DNA from: Malacoraja senta
Lineage: Eukaryota
Length of the DNA: 64,000 nucleotides
Assembly: GCA_038087875.1 (NCBI GenBank)
Contig: CM075989.1
Span: forward strand, 18,788,001 to 18,852,000
Reading direction: 5' to 3'
The position numbers were made by a program, and so were the translations under genes. Positions 24,637 through 37,030 of this stretch are shown here, piece after piece (the stretch's first letter is position 1; each line of letters begins with the position of its first letter). The notes under the pieces were generated by a model. The model was given only the letters and a program-made list of their open reading frames with translations. It ran no database searches and was not told the DNA's origin.

Positions 24637-27360
24637 GTAAGTCCCAGTAGCCTTGCACTAAGCATGCATTTAATTTCATAACAGAAAGCTAACATTCCTC
24701 TTGACTAATTTCAGTATTAAAAAAGTCACTATTGATAAAAAAGCATTGTAATGTGTTTAAAATACATGAACTTGCTGTACTCAATGATGGAATCAGCACT
24801 TCTACACGGACAAAAATAAATCTGACAAACACGACCAACATAGTGAATAAGAAGAAAGCTGTTATCAGCTTTTTTAATATCATTAATCATGAAATTGTGC
24901 TGCATGACCCAGATTCACCATCAAATGAAAAGAGATTTAGTTTAGTTTAGTTTATGGATACAACATGGAAACAGGCCCTCCGGCCCACCAGGTCCACACT
25001 GATCATCCATCACATTAGTTCTGTGTTTTCCCACTTTTACATCCACTCCCGACACACTTGGGGCAATTTAGAGAAGCCAATTAACCTACAAACCTGCAAT
25101 TGTTTAGGAAACCAGAGCACCTGGAGGAAACCCTCACGGGATCACAGGGAGAACGTGCAAGCTCCTAAACAGACAGCACCCCAGGTCAGGATCGAACCCG
25201 GGTCTCTGGCACTGAGAGGCAGCGGCTCTACCAGCTGTGCCGCCACATGCCGCCTCTTCAAACCTGCACCAGTGCAAGTATTGAGAGCAGAGAAGGGCAT
25301 GAATACTGAGGCCGAGAGTTCTGCCAGAGGGTATGCAATGGCCATGGTCAAAAGGGGGAGACCAGCGAGTAAAAAAAGGGGTTATAAGAAATACATCAAG
25401 CAGGTCCCGAAGGGAATAGTTGAGACACAACTCCCCCAGCTTTAGCTAACCAGACTGATTTACCCTTCGTTTAACTTCCACACGTAACAAGGAGAGGTGG
25501 GATAAACCTGGATTGTTTTCACTGGAACATCAAAGGGTGAGGGAAGAACTGATTAACGTCTATACAATTATGAGAGGCATAAAGAGGGTTGTCTGTCAGA
25601 ACCTTTTTTTCCCAGGGTGGAAATATCAAAGGTTAGAGGGCATAGCTTTAAGATGAGAGGGGCAAATTTTGAAGGAGGTGAGAGGGGCAATTTTTTTTAC
25701 ACAGAAGGTGGTAGTTGCCTGGAACACACTGCCGGGGATGGTGGTGGAGACAGATATAACAGTACCATTTAAGAGATTTTTAGATAGGCACATGGATATG
25801 CAGGGAATGGAGGGATATGAATTATGTGCGGCAGAGGAGGTTAGTTTAACTTGGCACCATATTCGACATAGACACTGCGGGCTGCTGTTCCTGAGCTGTT
25901 CCGTGCTCTATATTCTATGCAATGACCTCTTCACTTGGACCTTGTGGGTGTTTTCTTTAGAATTATAACCCAGGCATGTCAATGCTGTCAGGAGATGAGA
26001 GATAACATTTGAAAGAGGAATAACAGTCTATTATTTTCCTTGACTGGATCGATTTACTTACACAACCTTTTAGATCACGGAGATATGAAAGTATAAGAAT
26101 GACAAATGGATTGAAGAATAGGATTCATGGGGCAACATGTTAAATCAAGCACAGTTATTATATCAGTTGCAGCCAAGATTGTACCTTCATCTGGTGTCTG
26201 TCAGGTGACTTTGTACTGCTGCTGGCAGGAATAATAAAATCAGAGTCAAGAGTCTTTAATTCTCATATGTACTGGCAACAGGATAATGAAATTCTTACTT
26301 GCTGCACCTTAACAGGCCCCATTCCTTCTCGCCAGAGAATCTGCCTGTCCCGCTGAGTGACTCCAGCATTTTGTGTCCATTTTCGGTTCCTTCCTACACA
26401 TAAATATATAGTGATGGATAATACAATAATTTAATAATCGGTAATACCAGGTGACGGTTGCTGGAAAGAAGCTGTTCTTGAATGCTTTCAAGAGAGAACT
26501 AGATAGGGCTCTTAAAAATAGCGGTCAGGGGATATGGGGAGAAGGCAGGAACGGGGTACTGATTGTGGATGATCAGCCATGATCACATTGAATGGCGGTG
26601 TGGCTCGAAGGGCCGAATGGCCTACTCCTGCACCTATTGTCTATTGTCTATTGTACCAAGAGGTCATGGTTTTCAGGCTCCTGTTCCTTCTCCCCGATGG
26701 TAGCAACAAGATGAGCGTATGGGCGTGGTGGTCAGGGTCTTTGATGCTATTGCCTTTTTGAGGCAGAATTATGGCCCTTTATTGAAGACATCAGCTCTTA
26801 ACTACACTGCGGTGTCTGGCAAAACAGCGTTTCATGAGTCACACCAAGTGGCACCAAGTGTCTCTTTAAACATGAAGATCAAATGCCTCATCTGTACTTT
26901 GATGGCCAAAAAAGTAGTGGTACATCAGCAACTAACTTGATTGACCCTTGAGTTAAGGCACGAGGGGAACTGTGATGGAACATAGTTACATAGAACAGTA
27001 CAGGACCAGTTCCTTCAGCCCACAATGTCTGTGCTGAACATGATGCCAAGTTAAACTAATCTCCTCTGCCTGCACGTGATCCATATCCCTCCATCTCCTG
27101 CATATCCATGAGCCTATCTCAAAGTCTCTTATACCAAGATGTTGGGAACAAGGGGTCACAGCCTCTGTTGAGAAGGAAAAGGGACCGTTGAGACTATATT
27201 GAATATTTTTGTGACTTTGCTGGTGCCCTATATACTTGCCCTATATACGCCCGACTCTTAACATACTTGTGTCGTGTTTGCAACACAAATAATTTCACTG
27301 TGCCCAGACAGTACGTGTGACAATACAGTATCAACCAATCAAGAAAACTAAGATGAATTC

Positions 27361-27602
27361 CAAAGATGGACACAAAAATGCCGGAGTAACTCAGCGGGGC
27401 AGGCAGCATCTCTGGAGAATAGGAATGGATGACATTTTGGGATGAGTCCATTCTTCAGACAGAGGAAGGGTCTGAAGAAGGGTCTCGACCCAAAACGTCA
27501 CCCATTCCATCCCTCCAGCGATGCTGCCTGTCCCACTGAGTTACGCCAGCATTTTCTGTCTATCTTTGGTGTAAACCAGTATCTGTAGTTCCTTCCTACA
27601 CA
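27361..27602. mobile_element. Palindromic Penelope terminal-repeat insertion with two opposed, decayed hammerhead cores
   Basis: 12-bp TSD taagatgaattc (27349-27360 / 27603-27614); a further minus-strand copy follows at ~27627-27755. Confidence 0.85.
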
Positions 27603-27825
27603 TAAGATGAATTCTATCTCTCCCCTGTGTAAGAAGGAACTGCAGATGCTGGTTTACACCGAAGATGGACACAAAATGCTGGAGTAACTCAGCGGGACAG
27701 GCAGCATCTCTGGAGAGAAGGAAAGGGCGACATTTCGGGTCGGGACCCTTCTTTCCATCTCTCCCCTTGCCAGTTAAGTAATAACATACTCTGAATTGTT
27801 TTATACATTCTGGGGAAGTTACAGG

Positions 27826-28220
27826 AAAACATAGAAACATAGAAACATAGACAATAGGTGCAGGAGTAGGCCATTCGGCCCTTCGAGCCTGCACCGCCAT
27901 TCAATATGATCATGGCTGATCATCCAACTCAGTATCCTGTACCTGCCTTCTCTCCATACCCCCTGATCCCTTTAGCCACAAGGGCCACATCTAACTCCCT
28001 CTTAAATATAGCCAATGAACTGGCCTCAACTACCTTCTGTGGCAGAGAATTTCACAGATTCACCACTCTCTGTGTAAAAAATGATTTTCTCATCTCGGTC
28101 CTAAAAGACTTCCCTCTTATCCTTAAACTGTGACCCCTTGTTCCCAACATCGGGAACAATCTTCCTGCATCTAGCCTGTCCAACCCCTTAAGAATTTTGT
28201 ACGTTTTCTATAAGATTCTA
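27826..28220 (-). mobile_element. CR1 LINE 3' end
   Basis: Matches other copies (45232-45570, 26483-26652, 39300-39590, 55570-55830); (CATAGAAA)n tail. Confidence 0.85.
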
Positions 28221-29004
28221 AAAGGAATCCCTTAATAAACATCTTATTTACAGATTAGGAGTTAAGGACATAAATGTATCAAATCCCATGATCTTACATC
28301 AGAACTCACTCAGCGGGGACAAGAAAAGCACAGTGCTTGGCCCAGCGTCAAAATAACACAGACTGTACCATCTCACTGTGCAGAAGTGATCAGACTCCAA
28401 TGAATGATGGCACAGGCAGCGGAAGTGACTCACACGTAACATTTTCTCTCTCTTCAGAGGAGTTTGGTGGAACAAAAAATCGTGCCAATTTTTCTTAGTG
28501 TGGTTTAGCCAAATTGAATAGGGGAAAAAAATCAGCCTTTAAAAGCAGCTGCCCCTGATGTTGCCGGTTGAATCTTATTATGCTGACCTATCTCCACTGC
28601 TTTAAAGATGACTTGAATGGTGATTTTGCAGCAATGAAGGACAGATCTTACTCATAATAAGTCCAGAGTTTTTTGTGACGAACTATGACCGTTTACAGGG
28701 AGCTGTGAACTCGCCCAGGGGGCAACTGGCCTCACTGGACTATTAGTATATTTTATTATTTTATTAACCATTTATTCAGCTTGAATCCGCGCTTTCTTTC
28801 AGCAGCTTCCTGCTCGGTCATTAAGGGTCCCCGTTGTTCGTATTCAGTCGGTGTGCGAGGATTTGGAGTCGTTCTGTTCTTCACTTGTATTACTTTCCTC
28901 CACTGCGAGTAGTTACAGCTCTTTGGAGAATGGGCTTCGGCGCACGTCCCAGCCAAGCTCCCGGCTGCCCAGTCACTTGGGTATTCTGTGCTTAAAACAA
29001 CACA

Positions 29005-29722
29005 GGGGGGGGACAGAGAGGGGGGAGAGAGAGGGGACGGGGGGAGAGGGGGAGAGAGAAGGGAGAGAGAGAGAGAGGAAGGAGAGAGAAGGGGGAAAGA
29101 GGGGGGAGAGAGAGGGGGCTGGGGGGAGGGGGAGAGAGAAGGGAGAGGAAGGAGAGAGAAGGGGGAAAGAGAGGGGGGAGAGAGAGGAGAGAGAGAAAGG
29201 AGAGAGGGGGACAGAGAGGGGGGGAGAGAGAGGGGAAGAGAGAAGGGAGAGAGAGAGAGGAGAGAGGGGGAAAGAGAGGGGGAGAGAGAGAGAAGGGGGC
29301 GTGGGAGAGAGAGAGGAGGGGAGAGAGAAGGGGTAGAGAAGGGGAGAGAAGGGAGAGAGAGGAGGGGGGAGAGTAGAGAGGGGGGAGAGAGAGAGGAGAG
29401 AGAGAAGGGGGCGTGGGAGAGAGAGAGAAGGGGTAGAGAAGGGGAGAGAAGGGAGAGAGTGAGGAGGGGGGAAAGAGAGGGGGGAGAGAGAGAGGAGAGA
29501 GAGAAGGGGGCGTGGGAGAGAGAGAAGGGGTAGAGAAGGGGAGAGAGAGAGGAGGGGGGAAAGAGAGGGGGGGAGAGAGAGAGGAGAGAGAGAAGGGGGC
29601 GTGGGAGAGAGAGAGAAGGGGTAGAGAAGGGGAGAGAAGGGAGAGAGAGGAGGGGGGAGAGTAGAGAGAGAGGGAAGTGAGAGAGGGGGAGGGAGGGAGG
29701 GAGGGAGGGAGGAGAGGGGAGA
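29005..29722 (+). repeat. Polypurine (GA-rich) low-complexity / VNTR tract
   Basis: ~720 bp almost purely G/A on +, with four copies of gagaagggggcgtgggagagag. Confidence 0.95.
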
Positions 29723-29871
29723 TGATGATAGTCGAGTTTGGGAGGCGACATGCCCGAAGCTGACTCACTTTAGGCTCAATCTGCCTGGAACTTGCAGCGG
29801 TGGCTCTGTCTGTCTGTATGCTCAGCATAAACACTTCACTTTAGCTAGACAGTCACCGAGGAGAGGGAGAG
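29723..29871 (+). promoter_or_regulatory. Probable proximal promoter / 5'UTR of the TNFAIP8L3-like gene
   Basis: Non-repetitive sequence before the ATG with an AP-1 site TGACTCA (29761-29767; GCTGACTCA is ARE/MARE-like) and a weak TATA-like CATAAA (29826-29831). The TSS cannot be determined. Confidence 0.4.
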
Positions 29872-29917
29872 ATGGATTTGGAATCTGCAGAGATTGGTGA
29901 AGGGAATATGTCACCAG
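29872..29917 (+). CDS. TNFAIP8L3: TNFAIP8-like 3 (TIPE3), first coding exon (MDLESAEIGEGNMSP + 1 nt)
   Basis: ATG at 29872 in a good context (gagATGG), 15 codons plus G, then a consensus donor CAG|gtaagt (29918). Phase 1 matches the acceptor at 59602 (G+CC = Ala). The peptide resembles the short-isoform TIPE3 N-terminus as I recall it (MDSDSGEQSEGEP..AAG). Not in the ORF track. Confidence 0.8.
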
Positions 29918-31054
29918 GTAAGTAAGGTTTTTTTTAATTCTTAGAGCCATGCGGTGTGGACACAAGCCCTTCGGCCCAACTTGCCCACACCGACCAACAT
30001 GTCCCAGCTACACTAGTCCCACCTGCTTGCGTTTAGCCCACATCCCTCCAACCCTGTTCTATCCATGTACCTGTGTAATTGCTTCATAAAAGTTGGGATA
30101 GTCCCAGCCTCAACTACCTCCTCCGGCAGCTCGTCACCACCCCTTGTGTGAAAACGTTACCCCTGAGATTCCTATAAAATCTTCCCCCCTTCACCTTACA
30201 CCTATATATATGTATATGTCCTCTGGATCTCGATCCCCCTACTCTGGGCAAGAGACTCTGTTTTGGAGAAAGGACATTTCATGAAACTATTGTAACCTGA
30301 ATCTTGAATCTTGAAATGTGAGTGGATTATCCCCAGCGAGATCCAGGAGGAGACGCAAGGAACTGCAGGTGGTGGTTTACACACAAAAAAAGACACAAAG
30401 TGCCGGAATAACTCAGCGGATCCGGCAGTCTGAAGAAGGGACCCAACCTGAAACGTCGCCTATCCATGTTCTCCAGAGATGCTGCCTGACCCGCTGAGTT
30501 ACTCCAGCACTGTGTGTCTTTCCCTGTACACGAATTCGCACGAAATACTAATGAAAGATCCTTTAAGGAAGCACTTTGTCTCATTCTGCTCGCTTAACTT
30601 AGCAAAATGTTCACCGCTGACGTTTCTAAAGTAACAGAATAAGTCTGTGAAAAATGCACCCACTCCTTCCTTCCGAGGAAGCTTTCGGATGTTGCTCTGC
30701 TCCCTGTAGTCTGTTATTTGTGCTTTTAACTTGTGATTAGTATTTCTCGCTGTTCGCCAATGAGACTAACACACACGCTGCATGAATTCATTACAAGTGG
30801 ATCCAGTCGAATACATTTTTTAAAGTACCTCTACATATTTTTTTCATCTACTTTCCGTTTCTCAAATGGGAAAAAGATCCATTTCAGCAGGGTTTATTTA
30901 CATCTCACTCAGAACCTGGTCCACATCCTGCATTAAACGGCTCTTGCCTCTGGAGCGTCGGCCAAGTTTTCCCGAAGGGGGCTCTCAATTTACAATGTGG
31001 GTTCAGAACGAGATATCTCGACAGGCCAGCACGGAGATCTCTTTAATGCTGAGC

Positions 31055-31915
31055 AGTGGTGGGGAGAGGAGACGAGTGTGGTGCTCTGGAAAAGGAGGGG
31101 TAGGGTAGGGTGTGGTGGAAAGATGGGGAGGGGTGGGGTGGATGTGGGGGGGTGGGAGTGAGGGGTGGGGTGAGCATGAAGGGAGGGGTAGGGTGGATGT
31201 GGGTGGGAATGGGGGGGTGGAGTGAGGGGTGGGGTGAGCATGAAGGGAGGGGTAGGGTGGATGTGGGTGGGGAGAGTGAGGGGTGGGGTGAGCATGAAGG
31301 GAGGGGTAGGGTGGATGTGGGGGGTGGGAGTGAAGGGGGAGGATGGGGGGTGTGAGGGGTAGGGTGAGGTGGACAGATAGGGTGGGTGGACCAGAGGGGT
31401 AGGATGAGCTGAGCCGGAGGGGAAAGGTGGGGCGTGGTGGAGAGTTGGGGAGTGGTGGGGTGAACGGGAGGGGTGGGGTGGTTGTGGGGGGTGGGAGTGA
31501 GGGGTGGGGTGAGCATGAAGGGAGGGGTAGGGTGGATGTGGGTGGGAATGGGGGGGTGGAGTGAGGGGTGGGGTGAGCATGAAGGGAGGGGTAGGGTGGA
31601 TGTGGGTGGGGATGGGGGGGGTGGAGTGAGGGGTGGGGTGAGCATGAAGGGAGCGGTAGGGTGGATGTGGGTGGGGATGGGGGGGGGGTGAGGGGGGGGG
31701 GTGAGCATGAAGGGAGGGGTAGGGTGAAGTGGACAGATGGGGTGGGTGGACCAGAGGGGTATAGGGTGAGCTGAGCCGGAGGGGAAGGATGGAGAGTTGG
31801 GGAGTGGTGGGGTGAACGGGAGGGGTGGGGTGGAGAGGTGAGAAATAGTGATATGAATGCGAGGGGAGAGGTAGGGTGGTGTGGACAGGTGGATGGGTGG
31901 GGGTGCAGGGGGCTG
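31055..31915 (+). repeat. G-rich minisatellite (~55-65-bp unit) with higher-order duplication
   Basis: Seven copies of gtgagcatgaaggga embedded in G-runs; ~125-bp spacer duplicated (~31355-31480 / ~31715-31832). Confidence 0.92.
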
Positions 31916-32484
31916 TGCATGAGGATGCATGTGTGAATGACCGGGAAATGCTTGTATTGTTTTTTATCAGCAAGTGGCAAATATTGGAAACATATCCACT
32001 CCACATCAAAATCTGGCTTAAAACTGTTTTGATTCCTCTTGGAAAATACCAGGATTTCCGGCCTTTGTGTTAATGAGGAAATGTTTCTGAATGTTGTACT
32101 GGCCCGCTGATTAACAATCTCAGTGACTTTTAGGTGTTTAGTCAATCATTGACCTTGATTCATGATAATGTTTAGAGTTCTCGAGCCATGCATCACAGAA
32201 ACAGGCCCTTCGGCCCAACCTGTCCATGCCGACCAAGATGTCCCACCTAAGCTAGTCCCATTTTGGCCCATAAAACCTCTCCATGTACCGGTCCAAGTGT
32301 CTATTAACTGTTGTTATAGTACCTCCTTCAACTACATCCACTGGCAACACATTCCAGATACCCACCAACTTCCAAGTGAAAATGTTGCCCCTCTGAATCC
32401 TCTTAAATCTCTCCCTCTCTCCTTCAACCTATGTCCTCTGGTTCTTGATTCCCCGACTCTGGGTAAAAGACTCTTGTGCATTCA

Positions 32485-32704
32485 TGTTTAAGAAGGAACT
32501 GCAGATGCTGGAAAAATCGAAGGTAGATAAAAATGCTGGAGCAACTCAGCTGGTGAGGCAGCATCTATGGAGCGAAAGAATAGGTGAAGTTTCGGGTCGC
32601 GACCCTTCTTGACCCGAAGAAGTGTCTCGACCCGAAACATCACCTATTCCTTCGCTCCATAGATGCTGCCTCACCCGCAGAGTTTCTCCAGCACTTTTAT
32701 CTAC
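32485..32704. mobile_element. Palindromic Penelope terminal-repeat insertion
   Basis: 12-bp TSD cttgtgcattca (32473-32484 / 32705-32716), within a CR1 fragment. Confidence 0.85.
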
Positions 32705-33357
32705 CTTGTGCATTCACACTTTGTTTACCACTTTCTTAGTCCAGAGAATTGTATAGAATGTTACAGTTGGTCAAGACGTTGGCGAGGCCACATTTAGAGT
32801 ATTGTTTTCAGTTTTGGTAACCCTGTTTCTGGATGGATGTCGTTTAGCTGGAAAGGGCGCAGAATTGATTTACGAGGATGCTGCCAGGACTCGAGGGCCT
32901 GAGATATAGGGAGAGGTTGAGCAGGTACATGGATAGGATGGGTTTGGAGAGATGCAGGCAGGTGGGACTGGTGTATATGGGACGTATTGGTCAACACGGG
33001 AAAAGTTGGGCTGAAGGGCCGGCTTCCACATAGTAAGTCTCCATGACTCAGTGTGAATGAAGCATAATAAAGGCACCAGTGAACCATTATTGAGCCCCAA
33101 GCAAGAGCCTAGACCCGCCACCAGTCAGTGTGATGGTGTAAATGGTGCTGTGATTTGATGTCTGTTGATCTTGGGTCTTATTCAGAAACTTGTTTCTTTT
33201 TCATCCAAGGATTAGGTAGCCAATGAAATTATCCTCCCTTCTGCAAGTTGACGTTGGTTTTACTGTCTACTATGTGCTGCTTACCAGCCCCTGGACGAAT
33301 TTTGGAAGGGTTGATGGCTAGATGGGTGATGTGAGTGAGCAGGAGGGATCTGGACCT

Positions 33358-33850
33358 GTGTCGGCGAGACCAAGCGCAGGCTCGGCGATCATTTCGCTGA
33401 ACACCTCCGCTCAGTCCACCTAAACCTACCTGATCTCCTGGTTGCTCAACACTTTAACTCCCCCTCCCATTCCCACATTGACCTTTCTGTCCTGGGCCTC
33501 CTCCATTGTCAGAGTGAGGCTCAGTGCAAATTGGAGGAGCAGCACCTCATATTTTGCTTGGGTAGTTTACACCCCAGCGGTATGAACATTGACGTCTCTA
33601 ACTTCAAGTAGCCCTTGCTTTCCCTCTCTCTCCATCCCCCTCCCCCTTCCCAGTTCTCCCACAGTCTTACTGCCTCTGACTACATCTTAGCTCTACCTCC
33701 CACTCCCCTGACTTCAGTCTGAAGAAGGGTCTCGACCCGAAACATCACCCGTTCCTTCTCTCCAGAGATGCTGCCTGTCTTGCTGAGCTACTCCAGCATT
33801 TTGTGTCTGCCTTCGATTTAAATCAGCATCTGCAGTTCTTTCCTGCACAC
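33358..33850 (+). mobile_element. 5'-truncated Penelope-like element (GIY-YIG end plus terminal repeat)
   Basis: Colinear with 5290-5780 (GETKRRLGDHFAEHLRS..); hammerhead core at 33719-33746 with GAAAC-AUC. Confidence 0.87.
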
Positions 33851-36409
33851 TGTGTCTTTTTCTGTTGTTGCTGAGAGGGGAGCAGAGATGAGAAATGGGA
33901 AGCTCCTCACAAATTAAAGCAGTGGGATTGGGAAGAGAAACCCTTGGCTGCGACTTTAAGGCTCCAGCTGAAAAGATAAGAATGGAACCAAATATCCATG
34001 GTCCTGCCCAGCTAGAATCCATGAACACTCTGTCAAAGACCACAGGCTAGCTGAGAAGGACAAGACACAATGACTATCCTCTTCACCAAGACATAGGGTG
34101 TACTTTGTAACTTTAAAGATATTTTGGTACTGAAGTGGGAGTGCAAACCTGACTGGTGGGATTTGGAAAAAAAAGTAGAGGAAAGATTTGGGTACATTTG
34201 GACAGGTACGTGGATAGGAAAGGTTCAATGGATTAGGGGCCAAATGCAGACAAATGGGGCTAGCTGAAATGGGACGCCCTTGTTTGGCATGGGCAAGATG
34301 GGCCGAAGGGCCTGTTTCCCTGCTGTAACTCTTCTGCATTTTGGAAATGGAGAAAATGAATGCTTAGCAGATCTTGGGCAACAACAGCAAAGTCACATCA
34401 TACGAGGAATGGGCTCTCGAGCCTCCAATGGGTTCTGATGTAAACAGTTTATTGCTCAGATCACAGGCCAATCCCATGGTATTTTAGAAAAATTAAACAA
34501 AAAATAAATTCCACTGGTGCATGGTGAGTATGAACCATATGCTTCGTCTCATTCGGTTTCCTAGCGATTTAATTATTCTTAAATAAACTTCCCTGATCAG
34601 TGGAAACATCTGGATTTATGGTTTGGAACTGAATTGGGTTTAAGAAAGTGTAAAGCACTGTAAATATTTTATGCATTATTAACTTATTTAAAGGGACTCA
34701 GAATGCGTAAAGAAAACTTGGAGAAAAATTTTGTCATTAAGCCTTGCTTCTGAAAGTTTACAGAGTGGAAACAGGCCCTTCGGCCCAACTTGCCCACACC
34801 GGCCAACATGTCCCAGCTACACTAGCCCCACGTGCCAGCATTTTGTCCATATTCCTCCAAACCTGTTCTATCCATGTACCTATCTTAAATGTTGGGATAG
34901 CCCCTGCCCCAACTACCTCCTCTGGCAGCTGGTTCCATACACCCACCACCCTTTGTGTGAAAAAGTTACCCCTCAGATTCCTATTAAGTCTTTCCCCTTC
35001 ACCTTAAATCTCTGATGTCGCTGTCATCAGTGAGCAACGTACCTGCTCCAATTGGGTGAGGACCACACTTTGAAGAACTGCTTTTTGTAAACCAGCATCT
35101 GCATCTCCTCGTGTGTCTGCATTGTCAAACTTTGCTGTTGGTATTAGACATGTGTACAGAGACGCAGTCAAAAGTGTTTGTTTGTGTGCTGTCCAGTCAA
35201 ATCAAATCATACTATATATGAGAACTACCAAGCCACATACACGTACAAAAGGCCATAGAGTCATACAGCATAGAAACAGGCCCTTTGGCCCAACTTGCCC
35301 ATGCTGACTAGGACATCCCATCTACACTAGTCCCATCTACCCGCCTTTGGCCCATATCCCTCTAAACCTTTTCTATCCATGTACCTGTCAAAATGGCTTT
35401 TAAGATGTCCCATTTGCGTAATGCTCATAAAAAATATTTGTTTCTCTCTTTTTCCTCTTTCTCTTTCTCCTTCTTTTCTAGGGTCTATTTCTTAACTTTT
35501 TTTCTTTTGTTTTTAATTTTGTTCTTATAGGGTCTTCGTCCTTTTTTGTTGTCACATTTTCTACACTCTCACTTTTTCCTTCACTTTCTTCTTTCTTTCA
35601 ATCTTATCCTTTCCTTTTACTAGTGTAAAAAACAAATGGAGTACATTAATTGTAAGAAGACATAAGTGACGAGTACTAATGTATGTGGTTGTAATGTAAT
35701 GTACTTCTAATAAATAAAAAATTAAATTAAAAAAAAGATGTTTAGACAGACACAAGGTAGTGTAAAGAAAACAAATAGTAGAATGCAGAATTTAGTATTG
35801 CAACTTGTTATGTTACAGTTGCAGAGAAAAAAGTCCAATATCTGCAATGGGGTAGGTTGGAAGATAGGGACTGCCCCCTAGAGTATGGGAGGACTGTTCA
35901 ATAGCCTGATAACAGCAGGGAAGAAGCTTTTCTGAATCTGGTGATATGGGTTTTCAGGCATTTTTACCTCCTGCCGGATGTGAGAGGGGAGAAGAGGGAG
36001 CGTCCAGGGTGAAAGTCTCCAGTGATGAACAGCTACTTTGTTCATTTGTTTATTAAGCGGTTCTGCACCAGCTGAGATTATGAAGGGGGGTGTTTTGGTG
36101 ACAGGGGAGTCCGAGATCAGCTCCATCTAAAGCTGCATTTTAACGCAACTCCCAGAAATCAAAACATTCCACAACATTGTGACATGGAGTCAAATTGCTC
36201 GTTCTGCTTACAGGCAGGAGGCCAAGTCTACAGCTTCTCTGAGGCTAAGCACGAGGAATTCAGATGCTGGAATCTTGCACAAGGCACCAGGTGCTGCAGG
36301 AACTCAGCGGGTCAGGCAGCATCTGTGGAGAGAATGGACAGAATTGGGTCGGGACCCTTCAAACTGATAGTAGTAAGGGAGAGAAATTTGGAAAAGATTT
36401 AAAGGATGA

Positions 36410-37030
36410 AGAATTAAAGAACGTTCTTTTAGGAAGGAGATGAGGAGAAATATCTTTAGTCAGAGGGTGGTGAATCTCTGGAATTCTTTGCCACAGAAGA
36501 CTGCGGAGGCCATCAGTGGATATTTTTAAGGCCGAGATAGATAGATTCTTGATTAGTACAGGTGTCAGGGGTTATGGGGAGAAGGCAGGAGAATGGGAAT
36601 TGGAAGAACAAATGTGCCGGGAGATTGCAGACAGCTGCAGGTCAATTAGGAGGGGATTTTAAGTTTCCCAATATAGACTGGGAAAATCATAGTGTGAAGG
36701 GTGCAATTCCTCAAAAGTGTTCAGGAGAGTTTTCTTAAGCAGTATGTTGAGGCCCCCACACGTGAGAGGGCAATGCTGGATCTAGTATTGGGAAATTGGG
36801 AAGACCAAGTTAATGAAGTGGGTGTGGAGGAGCCTTTTGGGACAGGTGATCACAGTTCAATTAGGTTTAAGATAGTTATGGATAGGGACGGAGAGGGTCC
36901 ACGTGCTAAAATGCTCAACTGGGATAAGGCCAACTCTGAGGGTATGAAAGAAGGTCTCGCTCAAGTTGACTGGAGCAGGATATTAGATGGGAAAGGAACA
37001 TCGGCCAAGCTGGATGTTTTTAAGTGTACT
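36410..37030 (+). mobile_element. CR1 LINE fragments (3' end plus endonuclease-domain piece)
   Basis: FLKSVQESFLKQYVEAPTRERAMLDLVLGN..GDHSSIRF (CR1 APE endonuclease C-terminus). Confidence 0.8.

Noticed and set aside
1..28250. Exons of a neighbouring gene such as CYP19A1
   Set aside because: No ORF or splice-bounded segment with recognisable host-protein similarity; small exons cannot be excluded by eye.
29746..29755. p53 response element (cGACATGCCC)
   Set aside because: Only one imperfect half-site with no adjacent second decamer.
28756..29834. Long ORFs of 161-331 aa (S/P/L-rich or G/E/R-rich)
   Set aside because: Artefacts of the stop-free polypurine tract, open in several frames on both strands.
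30990..32145. Pro/His-rich ORFs of 295-380 aa on the minus strand
   Set aside because: Translations of the G-rich minisatellite; all three frames are open.
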